DNA of 63,711 nt, the filler included, from Octopus bimaculoides (lineage: Eukaryota), in assembly GCF_001194135.2 (NCBI RefSeq). It is 5 parts of 5 records of this genome, joined end to end, with 100 filler letters (N's around TTAATTAATTAA, not from the genome) between each part and the next. Parts side by side here need not be neighbours in the genome. Positions count along the whole stretch, not along the records: positions 1 to 11,843 come from NC_068985.1; 4 more parts are not named here. One strand, 5' to 3'. Below, one piece after another: positions 1 through 11,943 of the stretch; position 1 is the first letter of the stretch; each line of letters starts with the position of its first letter. The notes beneath the pieces were generated by a model that worked only from the letters and a program-made list of their open reading frames with translations, was not told the origin of the DNA and made no database searches. A program made the position numbers and the translations under genes.

Positions 1-1158
1 TATATATATATATATATATATATTTGGAAATTGGTGTACGAGAAAATGTAGTCGTTGATACACTGTTCTTTAGAAAAGGCAGGATATACAAGCTGGAATG
101 TCTTCGGTTATACGCCTTCTCAGTTAAACTAAAACAATGATGAGTGGAACAATAGCAAAACCTAATAATACAAGATCTCTCGTTGAAAAATCACTTAGTG
201 ATCAAGGAACAACATATTCATAAAATGATCAATCGTTATCTATTACCTATGGTTGGTAATATGTCTCCCCAGCCTTTATCAGACATATCAAAACTGAATG
301 GAAAGTCGATACTCTTATCATCAATTATTTCATTCTGAACAAAATCAGCTTAAACAAATGTTTCAGACACATTAACAGAATTATCGGGAGGTTTGTTTTA
401 TTCTTTTATAAGGATATATTGAGATAAATCGAAAACGAAAATTAACGAAATCAACCGAGACTATCACGTAGTGCATAGACGAGAAATTATAAATAATATA
501 TAAATTATCAAAAGTATCAGTGGATGCATCAAGTTATAACTTTGCAGCGGTATCGACCTCCTGAATTTAATGGCCAAATCTCACTCATACCACACCCCGT
601 CGTCTCAAGAATTTAAACTCATTTTGGTTTCGAAAGTTTTCAATATATAGTGACTGAAAAGAAGATAGGATGCTTACTGCTGGAACGCCTTTGTTGAAAG
701 GTAAATTCAATAAGAGTTGTCCTGGTGCTAGATAGCAATAAAAGCATTACCATGAACCATTCGGAGAAACTGCATTATTTTTTTCTACAAGGACAACTCG
801 TTCAAGAAGTATAGAAAATACTACAAAAAGAAAAATGTTTAGGGTCATCCAAAATTAATCAAATGGTCGACAATAAATTTTAGAGCAAAGAAGTCCGAAA
901 AGCAAGCCGTCGATTTTTAGTGATTAGAATATAAAGCTACTGTTACATGTATTCTTATAAGACGCTTCAATAGAAAACAAATAGAAATACTGAAATTACA
1001 AAAAATCTGCCTCGAAAGACATGCTGCCTTTCACTCGAATGAGCAGCGTATAGCACTTTTTTGCAGCATAATTTCTAAACCATTAGAAGACTACCTTTGT
1101 GGCAAACACGCACATGTGCACGCACGCACTTACACACACACACACGCACGTACGCACA

Positions 1159-1195
<37 letters not shown>

Positions 1196-1377
1196 NNNNN
1201 NNNNNNNNNNNNNNNNNNNNNNNNNNNNNNNNNNNNNNNNNNNNNNNNNNNNNNNNNNNNNNNNNNNNNNNNNNNNNNNNNNNNNNNNNNNNNNNNNNNN
1301 NNNNNNNNNNNNNNNNNNNNNNNNNNNNNNNNNNNNNNNNNNNNNNNNNNNNNNNNNNNNNNNNNNNNNNNNNNNNN

Positions 1378-1486
1378 AAGAAGAAGAAGAAGAAGAAGAA
1401 GAAGAAGAAGAAGAAGAAGAAGAAGAAGAAGAAGAAGAAGAAGAAGAAGAAGAAGAAGAAGAAGAAGAAGAAGAAGAAGAAGAAGA
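1378..1486. repeat. (AAG)n microsatellite; (CA)n at 1125-1195 on the other side of the gap
   Basis: Seen directly; explains the poly-K/R/E pseudo-ORFs. Confidence 0.98.
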
Positions 1487-3077
1487 ATGCGGGAGTGGAA
1501 TAACAGTAGCACGATGTTGATGGAATCCTCTTAAATGGTCAAGTGACCTAAACGTGTCCCGTTGTGGTTGAAATAGTAGTTATTGGAATTGTTCTGAATA
1601 AATTCATGGGTTGTGGCTGTTCTGAAAGTATCGTTTTTAATATTTGTGTGGGTATTATTCTAAGGCCCTTGTAACAGTGTCGTTTGTGGTGGACGTATTC
1701 AAAAGGGGTTTATATTTTGTGATAAAGAATGACTCTTTATTAATGCGTTGACTACAGGTTGCATCGTCCCTGAATTGAAAGAAGGGAAAATTCTGAAGCT
1801 GGGCTGTTTGTTAGTGGCTCAAATGCCGATGTGTTCGCTGAATGCTAATTTTCTGTATTTCGGAATTTTAATCTGGGATCTATGCTGAGCCATCCTTTGA
1901 GGTAGACTGTTTTTGGTTTGACCTATGTATTGCTCTCGACACCCAGAACAAGTTAGTACATATATCAGGTGCCGCGAAGCACATGTGAAGTTGCTTTTCA
2001 CTGTAAAACGTTGATCCTGCTTGAAAGAGAACTCTGATCCCTCAGTTAGGTTGACGCATATACCACAGTTAGGTCTTTCGCATTTTTTCATTGACGGCTT
2101 CAGTGTTGTTGAAAAGCGTATTCGGGCTTGTGTTAGGAGACTTCGGCCTTGTGTTAGATTTGAGCTGTCTTTTACTCATTATGATGGTGTGCGTTTGGAG
2201 GATCAAATTCTTTCTGTGCTCCCTTTTTAGTAGAGTAATGTTTTGGAGTATGGTGTCGAAGGTTTCATTCTTAAGAGGGTTGTGTGTGGAGATGTATGGT
2301 AAGGCTTTTGGTTGTAAATCCTTCTTTAATTTTGGATGCCTGAGTTCGTGGATGTCGAGTTGTAGGGTACGTTGAAAGTGTATATCAATTAGTGACAGTG
2401 GGTAGTTCTTGTTGATTAGTGTATCCTTTAGTTCATGTAGTCGTATGTCCCTGGTGCTTGCATAAGAAACTATAGTACATATCCTTTTTGCTAGGTTGAA
2501 AGGGATATTCATTCTAGTGTGTCTGGGGTGGTATGAGTTGAACGGTAGATATTGCTTGGAGTCCGCGGGCTTATGGTAGATATCTGTTTCTATTTCGTTG
2601 TTAGATTTCTTAATGAGGATGTCGAGAAAAGGAAGTTGTTGATGGCTATATTCCATCGTGAATTGAATGTTTACGTCAAGTCCATTTAGAAGTGCTTGAA
2701 ATTCTTTTAAGTCTCACTATACTTTCATGCCAAAGAATGAAACAGTCATCCAGATACCTCTTCCAGTTATTTTATATGTAGAGAGATAATGGGTTGCCGT
2801 ATTTTTCTAGTACCTTACGATAAAGACTGATTTCTAGATATCCCATGACTAGGTTAGCAAAGGAGGGGGGGGCCATTCTCGTACCCATCGTAGTGCCAAA
2901 TTTTTGTCGATAGAAGTTGTCTTCGAAGACAAAGTAGTTATTCTCCAAGATGAATTTTAGCCCTTCTATTACGAATTCTATTTTGATTCGATGTGGGAGT
3001 TCATTGGCGTAATTCTCTAGCCAGAATTGAATAGACTCTATTCCTAGGTTGTGGGGGATATTAGAATATTCTTCCAA
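1487..3077 (-). mobile_element. Penelope-like retroelement, 3' part (RT C-terminal half, linker, GIY-YIG endonuclease, 3' terminus), frameshifted
   Basis: ORF pieces 2772-3077 (SNIPH...QKFGTTMGTRMAPPSFANLVMGYLE), 2069-2656 (LPFLDILI...DIYHKP...HPRH) and 1819-2091 (CGIC...LIYVLTCSGCREQYIGQT...RMAQHR) match PLE RT and GIY-YIG motifs. Confidence 0.9.
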
Positions 3078-3928
3078 GAATCCGCACCATAAATCACAAC
3101 AGGGAACAACTACATAACAGCTACCGTCCCAATCATCTCAATCATTTTTAGACCCAAAATGCAAACACAGAGACACGAGATGGCACCAAACAGAGAGGAG
3201 GAACCAAAAGGGATAAAAATCATCAATCTAACTCACAAAGAAAAAAACAGCAAACCAAATCAATATACTCTCCAAAGGACTCAAGTTTACACCCACCCCC
3301 AACCCCCAGCTACAAAGAAATGAAAGAAGACGTCACGGAATTCTGTAGAAAAATACGACTCGCTGAGGAGCTATACGACAAATACAACGAGGACTAATCG
3401 TTAGTCCGAAATAGAAGTAACTACACCCCTTCAAAAGATAAGAACAAAACTCTTGACCATTTCTGTGAATACATCTCCAATTGCCCATATCAACATATAC
3501 ACAAACAAAAACAAGCCAAACTTCAGCAAAAAAGAATGGTCTGAACTGAACAAATTAAAAGATGATAAAACAATAACAATCAAAGAGGCTGATAAAGGGA
3601 GTGCAGTTGTCTTAATGGACACGGTATACTATATAACGCTAGTACGTTCCATATTAGAAGACGCGACATATTATGAAAAGGTCCAACACTACAGTCAGCA
3701 GAAAATCTGTGTTAAACTTATATAGAGAAGGGCTCACCGACAAGAAATACGATTATATGACCAACTTCAAAAGCAAATCCAGTCAACTCTACGGCATCTC
3801 TAAGACTTATAGGTCACTTGACCGTTTAAGAGGATTCCATCAACATTCTTCTACTGTCATACCACTGACGCACTTTTATTAATCTTTTCTTCTTCTTCTT
3901 CTTCTTCTTCTTCTTCTTCTTCTTCTTC
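3078..3928 (+). mobile_element. Penelope-like element 5' ORF part in the opposite orientation, fused to a second copy of the 3' terminus
   Basis: Plus-strand translation gives ILSKGLKFTPTP, IKEADKGSAVVLMD and LYGISK; 3810-3872 is the reverse complement of 1487-1550 and is followed by (CTT)n. Confidence 0.85.
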
Positions 3929-4270
3929 GCCGTCTCCTTTCTCAACTACTACTGCTGCTTAAACAATCAAACACAAGAATTCATATCAAACAACTACTAC
4001 TTAGAACTCACATGAATGAAAAAGAAAGACAGAGACAGACAGAAAAGAGGGACATGCCCCTTGCATTTGAAAACTATCGAAATATTTTTTTTTAAACATT
4101 TCATTTAATTTTTGCACAATTTAATTGTTTTTCATGCTTTACTCTAAGTTGAAAAAGTCGCAAAGACTGGAACCGGTACTAAAATGTTCTTCATGATAAA
4201 ATTATTTTAGCATTTTCTATCTTGTCTTATTTTCCTTATACATATCAACCAATGTGTTCCTTTTCAACTT

Positions 4271-4350
<80 letters not shown>

Positions 4351-4907
4351 ATATATATAATATAAATATATACATATATAGTATATATACATACACATAT
4401 ACATACTTATATGTGTGTGTGTATGTGTGTGTGTATCTGTGTGTGTTTGTGTGCGTGCGTGCTTAGTACAGCGTAACCTCCATCATGTTACATATATTTC
4501 CATAGATTTGAGTTACAAAACAAACACAGAAGACAAAAACCAATTAAAATTTAGAAGTAAAAAGTAAAATAAAATGCAGTAAACATTCATCCGCTTAGAA
4601 TGTGTCAAACAAAAGTGAATTGATATCTGCTCAACTCTCATAACAAAGATTAAATTTAAATCATACTTATGAATCTGTTATAACTAGCGTTCAAATGATT
4701 TCCTAGCATTGAAAAGCATGAATTTTTTTTCCATTCCCATGGTAACAAAATTATTCCATTTGAAATGTGAAACAGATAGAGAGGTAAAGAGATAATTGTC
4801 TCGTGCATACTTTTATACGTATCTGCATGCAAATACAATTACGCAGGTAGATGCACATACACACATACACACACACACACATACACACACACACACATAC
4901 ACACACA

Positions 4908-4945
<38 letters not shown>

Positions 4946-5739
4946 NNNNNNNNNNNNNNNNNNNNNNNNNNNNNNNNNNNNNNNNNNNNNNNNNNNNNNN
5001 NNNNNNNNNNNNNNNNNNNNNNNNNNNNNNNNNNNNNNNNNNNNNNNNNNNNNNNNNNNNNNNNNNNNNNNNNNNNNNNNNNNNNNNNNNNNNNNNNNNN
5101 NNNNNNNNNNNNNNNNNNNNNNNNNNNNNNNNNNNNNNNNNNNNNNNNNNNNNNNNNNNNNNNNNNNNNNNNNNNNNNNNNNNNNNNNNNNNNNNNNNNN
5201 NNNNNNNNNNNNNNNNNNNNNNNNNNNNNNNNNNNNNNNNNNNNNNNNNNNNNNNNNNNNNNNNNNNNNNNNNNNNNNNNNNNNNNNNNNNNNNNNNNNN
5301 NNNNNNNNNNNNNNNNNNNNNNNNNNNNNNNNNNNNNNNNNNNNNNNNNNNNNNNNNNNNNNNNNNNNNNNNNNNNNNNNNNNNNNNNNNNNNNNNNNNN
5401 NNNNNNNNNNNNNNNNNNNNNNNNNNNNNNNNNNNNNNNNNNNNNNNNNNNNNNNNNNNNNNNNNNNNNNNNNNNNNNNNNNNNNNNNNNNNNNNNNNNN
5501 NNNNNNNNNNNNNNNNNNNNNNNNNNNNNNNNNNNNNNNNNNNNNNNNNNNNNNNNNNNNNNNNNNNNNNNNNNNNNNNNNNNNNNNNNNNNNNNNNNNN
5601 NNNNNNNNNNNNNNNNNNNNNNNNNNNNNNNNNNNNNNNNNNNNNNNNNNNNNNNNNNNNNNNNNNNNNNNNNNNNNNNNNNNNNNNNNNNNNNNNNNNN
5701 NNNNNNNNNNNNNNNNNNNNNNNNNNNNNNNNNNNNNNN

Positions 5740-5771
<32 letters not shown>

Positions 5772-6429
5772 ACAGAGACAGAGACAGACAGGCAAACAGG
5801 CAGCCATGACAAAAGTAAATAGACACCCTCATAATCATTAAAAATTTATTTAAATCTGAAATTATATATTCAAATTATTTTTTAATTGTAATAATGTGAA
5901 TATTCAATATTTAGTAGACATGCCCTTTGCACTTTTCAATGGAAGGACCCTATTAGGCATGTTACTGATCATATGACACATATTTTCTTGCAGAATTTCT
6001 TGCTAGGTTTCATGAATCTAGCTTTGTAGATGCTTTGTATGAAATGTCCTGTCTATTATGTCCCAGAGGTGTTCAACTAGGTCCATATGTGGTGACTGGC
6101 TTGGGCATGGAAGCTGAGTCTAAACCCGGAACCATGTGTTGGGAAGCAAGCTTCTTGTCACACATCCACGCCTATATATATAAATATATAAATATATAAT
6201 TTAGAGAAAAGAGCCAAAGTTCATGAACTCATCCATGAAAATCCACAGTCACATATAGAAAAATTTTATAATTAAATACACCAAAAAAGCTATAATAAAA
6301 TACAAAGTAATAATCATTTAATAATAAAACGTCAACAGGTGTTTCATAACCAACTTTTCAAATAGAAAATAAAATAAATCTAATTGATTAAAATAAATCG
6401 ATCGAAAATCAATTCTATTCAAAAATATA

Positions 6430-7550
6430 GCTAATCTTCGGGTCAAAATACAACAATATAATAATAAAATGAATGTATATATATCAACCAACAATAAATA
6501 ACAAATGAATTTATATAAAAATAATTATTATATCAAGAAGTAAAAGTACTTATTTTACTAATAAATAAAAGAAAAATATTTAACGATATTATACTTATCA
6601 AAGCTTTAGTTTAAACAAAAATTAAAATTAAACGTTATACTATTAACATATCGTGATATTATTAACTTTACGTTTATTAGAATATGAACTAACAGAAATA
6701 TTAAATGAATTTATATGAAAATATTTATTTCACCAATAAATAAAAGAAAAACATTTAACAATATTATTGAAAATAAATGCAAAGCTTATCTTAACGAATC
6801 TTTTGTTTAAAATACGATGTAAACGTTATACTATTAACTTAGCGTTTTACTAGAATATAAACTAATAATACATGAACTTATAAAAATACATATTTTACCA
6901 ATAAATCAAAGAGGAATATTAAACAATATCATTGAAAAAATACAACACTAATCTTATTGCAGTTTTGGTTTAAACTAATATGCTAAACGTCATGCTATTA
7001 ACTTAGCGTTAAATAATATATTAACTAACAATAAATAACAAGTGAATTTATATAAAAATACTTATTTTACCAATAAATAAAAGAAAAACATTTAACAATA
7101 GCATTGAAAAAATAAATGCAATATTTATCTTATCGAAGTTATAGGTTAAACTAAAATTATAAACGTTATATTATTAACTTTAAGTTTATTATAATATAAA
7201 CTAACGAAAATAATAAATTAATTTATATAAAAATATTTATATCGCCAATAAAAAACATTTAACAAAATTATTAAAAAGAAATGCGAAACTTATCTAATCG
7301 AATCTTTAGTTTAAATAAAATTTTCAATGTTATGCTATCAACTTAACCTTAATTAGAATATTAACTAATAATAAATGAGATTATATAAAAAATTGAAAAT
7401 AAATGCAACACTAATCTAAACGAAGTTTTGGTTTACACTAAAATGTTAAACGTTATACTATTAACTTAGTGTTAAATAAACACTTGTTATTTAATGTTAG
7501 TTTAACATTAAATAACAAGTGAAATTATATAAAAATACTTATTTTACCAA
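6430..7550. repeat. Degenerate AT-rich tandem repeat, about 165-175 bp unit, about 6 copies
   Basis: Anchor AAACGTTATACTATTAAC or a variant at 6630, 6821, 6985, 7161, 7325 and 7448. Confidence 0.85.
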
Positions 7551-7611
7551 TATATATATATACACATATGATTGACCGCTAGCTCCAAAGGTTTTCTTAA
7601 ATCTCTCTCTG

Positions 7612-7680
7612 TTGTTTATTTCCGCGTATTCCTTTCTGTTGATGAGCGAAGGTTCGAAACGTAAAAGACTTTCTACACCT
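7612..7680 (+). mobile_element. Isolated PLE terminal (pseudo-LTR) remnant with hammerhead-like motif
   Basis: TCCTTTCTGTTGATGAGCGAAGGTTCGAAACGTAAAAGACTTTC; related copies at about 17703-17750 and 56781-56822, both attached to PLE ORF relics. Confidence 0.55.
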
Positions 7681-7712
7681 GTCTTCGTCTTTTATTTTTC
7701 TCTAACTTTCAA

Positions 7713-7754
<42 letters not shown>

Positions 7755-7793
7755 TTCTTGGGCATTGCGAGACCTAGTGTAAAACCGAAAGAG

Positions 7794-8015
7794 TAAACGA
7801 TTATCTTATGGACTTCATTAGCTTACAGCTGTTTCTGCCATGAGATGCAATTGACTCATAGCTGAGTTACACCTTCTAGCTTCATCGGAGCCTCGAATAT
7901 GAAGCGCAGTCTCCGATGAAACTATAAGATGTTGCGGAAGCACTCAGCTACGAGTCCACTGAATCATATAGCAGAAACAACTGTAAGCTAATGAAGTTCA
8001 GAAGATAATCGTTTA
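7794..8015. mobile_element. Foldback/MITE-like palindrome with about 100-bp arms
   Basis: The left arm TAAACGATTATCTT...TTCATCGGAG is the reverse complement of the right arm, with scattered mismatches and one small indel; about 20-nt loop. Confidence 0.8.
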
Positions 8016-8853
8016 TTCCTTTGTCATCTTATTTGCTTTCATATACAGACATATATTCAAAGAGAGACAAGTTCAAATGTCAGATCATTTAGATTAAAGT
8101 ACTCAAACAAAAGCAGAAAATGAATAAAATGCATATTTACTCGATTATCTTTTGTCCAATAAAATGTATTTCGTCGGGTAAACGATTATGGATGTGTTTG
8201 TGTGTATTAGACAATTTTCCACGGAATTTCCGTAAAGCAAATTTCTTTCGTAAGATATTGCCCGAACCCGGACTATGACAGAAGGGAGTTACCCAATGTG
8301 CCAGTTGGATCGAAACTGATAATACGAGGTTACAAAGCAAACAACTTTACGCAGCCATACTCGCTATTTAAAATTAACTAGCACGCTCATAATGATGATA
8401 GATTTATCAGTCCTAAATGCTAAACAAATGAACTAACACTACTATAAACTTGAATGACAGATTTAAAGATGTATGAAAACAGCTATAGAAAATTGTTGAA
8501 AACGGATTAGAAAAAGATGATATGTTTAATTAAAATATTCTAATTCATAAAACAATTCCAGCTGAAATTTAAATAGGCTTCTTAGAAATCGTTGACTGAC
8601 GATATGTATCTAAAATTCAAAGCATCATAATTTTTATATCTCCATTTTTTAAATTTTATTTTATTTTATTTCTGCATTTTAACTGCCACTTCATTATTTT
8701 TTCATAATTTATTATTGTTATTAGAAGTTTGGAATAATTATTTATAATGTAGACAAAAGACCACAAATTTTGAGAAAAAGGTATATTCTGTTATGTCAAT
8801 GCCAGCCCTTCACAAGACTAAAGCTTGTCAGGGATATACATGCATACGCATAT

Positions 8854-8958
<105 letters not shown>

Positions 8959-9110
8959 AGCTTACTTTTCTACAAAGGAAAGATCAATAAAAAAGTACTC
9001 CATCTAGTGTAAGATAAATATTGTTTAATGTACACAGTATATAGTTATAAGCAACTGATAGCTTCATGCATTGAAGATATTATCTAGTCAGGTTTTAAAA
9101 AGAGCCTAGT

Positions 9111-10064
9111 GTCTCCAGGTATCTTCAGGCTTTGTGCAGTTGGCCTATACAAGTCACAAATCAGGACAACAGAGCAAGAAAAATCACGATAAAAAACGAG
9201 ATGAAGTGGGTTCAAAAAGTGGAATGGTGAAAAAAAAAACAGGAAAAGAAGGAAAAACGAATAAAAAAAGAATTAGGGTTATGCTCCCTTTGACCGTGGA
9301 GTCGTAAAAGCTAGACAATGTAGAATCAACAGAAAGGGTCTAAAGCCTGCGATACAGCTGCTCAATCCGGAAAGCATAATTTTTCCCCAGTTGTTACATT
9401 CGAAACTCTGGAGCTTGTCCACTCGACCAAAGTTGTATGATAAACTCCGGCATAAACTCCGGCAGAAGTTACAGCAACGCTATACGATAAGCTAACCTAA
9501 AAGATTTAAATCGAGTTATGCGAACACGACTTCAAATGTCGCTTTGCTAAGTCCCTATCTTCTTTCCAGTACATGAACAAAAGCAAACCACTAAGTTGGC
9601 TAGCCACATATGGGGTTTGATGACCAACGCCACGCCACATATAATCTAGTGCTATACATTAATGGGCCAAATAATGCAAGTAACGGGCAGCGGAAAGATC
9701 GCATATTCTTTTTAAATCTAAGAACTCCACCGCACTGTTGGATTCCAATCAGAAATGTTCTGTAAATATAAACATTTAGACAAATTGCTTTTAACGAATT
9801 GGAGAACACTACCCCTCCGGATTAAGCAGCTGTATCGCGAACTTTAGATCCTTTCCGTTGATTTTACACTATCTAGCCTTACAACTCAACGATATAACCC
9901 TAATTCTTTTTCTTTGTTTTTCTTTTTCCTTTCTTTTTCTGTTTTTTTAAATTTTTATATCATTCCACTTTCTGAACCTACCTTCATCTCGTTTTTTCTC
10001 TTGATTGTCCTAATTTGTGATTTATATAAGCCGTGTGCCCAGAGCTTAAAAATTACTTGGAGAC
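9111..10064. mobile_element. Non-autonomous DNA transposon-like element with about 250-260 bp terminal inverted repeats
   Basis: 9111-9370 aligns by eye to the reverse complement of 9817-10064 (GTCTCCA...GAATTAGGGTTAT...GCGATACAGCTGCT.AATCCGG); non-coding spacer of about 445 bp. Confidence 0.75.
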
Positions 10065-10560
10065 GTATATACATATACACAAATAGATAGATACTTACAT
10101 ACATATATACAGAAACAAGCATGGATAAATGGATAAATAAATAATTTTTCAATCGTAGAAACCGTACCTACGCAGCCCCTTTCCTAGGCATCAATCTGCA
10201 AGTGCAAAAAGCAATCCACAGTCCACTTCTCCGTTGAGAGGATACATCCTTTCCATTGTAATGTCTTATAAAGTACCTTTCACTTCACCTAATAGTATTT
10301 CTTAGAACTACGATAGATTCTCGGCAAAATTCTTCACCATATATAATCCTTTAAACCTAGTGAGAGGAAACCACTTCGTTCTCTAGTTTCATCAAGAATG
10401 TTAGGGAGCAAAGAAATATCCTGCAAACCTGCAGCATACTCATAACTGCGCCATTCTTTGTTATCTCTAAGAAACAACACATTGTAACAGTCTGTTGTAT
10501 CCCTCCCATACCAAAAATAAATTTGGTGCGTGTGTGTGCGTGTGTGCATGAATGTTTGCG

Positions 10561-10626
<66 letters not shown>

Positions 10627-11843
10627 CACGCACGAAAATTTATGTACGTACATTACTAACTCCACCAACAATTCTGTTACCACAGCAACTGTCAATACCA
10701 TTAGCATTTATTTCCGTTTCTCACATTATTCCGCAATTTAGTATAATATTCAAGCAATATCACCCACAAAGGGTAAATAAAAGATATATAGATATCATTT
10801 ACTATAATATATAGTACATATGAATATCTAAATAAGATAGAAACAGGTTGAACAATAGCTGTCGCGCTCCATCATGTCCACGAATACCACAAGCTCTTCA
10901 ATTCTCTATAGATGCCCAAAAACAAATGGACACTAGACGGCCAACACAACTCCAAACTGCTCCATACATTAAACCACTGAATGTCAGAGTATACAATATT
11001 GTCCTTGATTAGACAGGCGCAGGTTATATGTTGAAGAATTGATATATGAGCCACGTTTAATAACTGTTTGATCAACTGTACACCTATTATCGATTTATTA
11101 CTGGCCGATCAATTATGACTTCGGTTGAACAACGTAGACAACAATCTTGACTCGAGCGGCCACACAAATAATGAAAACAACATATACAGTACCAGCCTCC
11201 CTAATTGGTACGGCACCACAACAATCACAGAAATTCTGCTTGGTAACACGAACTTCTTTAAATAACAGCTAAATCACTCTCAATTCACACCGTCATCTTA
11301 AAATACAAGAGATCATGTACTTCTATGTACGTTATATCTGAAAAACAAATATGGTTTTGTTGAAAATACTTTTTATTATGTCTGCTCGATCACGTTTCAT
11401 CTGGGTCTAATCAAGAACAAGAAAAACAAGAACAATAACTATCATAATTTTCCTTCCCGTCGAATCCATTCAGTGACTAGTGACAAAAGTATCGATGGGG
11501 CCGCCATATGAGTGCGCATTTCTTATTTCTGAGAGAGAGAGCGAGAGAGAGAGAGCGAGAGAGAGAGCGAGAGATAGATGGAGAGAGAGGATGTGAAACG
11601 ACTACAGTATTTGATATGCATTTCATTAATTGGCCTCGATGAGATAAAAAGCAAAGTGGGCTTAGGTGAGATTTGGACTCAGAGCGCAGAGAGCCGAACA
11701 CTGCAAAACATTCTATCCGACTCACTGCAGACTCACCCAATTTACACCCTTACCATCCTCACTGTTTTAACTATTACCACTGTCGTCATAACCATCACTA
11801 ATATTACTGTAACTATCACCACTACCACCACCACCACCACCAC

Positions 11844-11943
11844 NNNNNNNNNNNNNNNNNNNNNNNNNNNNNNNNNNNNNNNNNNNNTTAATTAATTAAN
11901 NNNNNNNNNNNNNNNNNNNNNNNNNNNNNNNNNNNNNNNNNNN
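11844..11943. other. Assembly join: N-gap containing synthetic TTAATTAATTAA linker (also 21073-21172, 48922-49021, 61556-61655)
   Basis: The same 12-mer sits in the centre of four 100-bp N gaps and has stop codons in all six frames. Confidence 0.92.

Noticed and set aside
1075-5838. Long ORFs in the track such as 1075-1534 and 4751-5838 (also 12687-13362, 43879-44874, 57780-58612, 62721-63384)
   Set aside because: These are products of N runs and microsatellites (poly-X, HT, CV, K, E, I, Y), not genes.
10140-10520. Minus-strand ORF 10334-10549 as a host exon or LINE piece
   Set aside because: It starts in a microsatellite, has stops immediately downstream and shows no motif I can assign.
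11888-11899. TTAATTAATTAA recurring four times as a possible conserved motif
   Set aside because: It always sits in the centre of a 100-bp N gap and has stops in all six frames, so it is a synthetic scaffolding linker.
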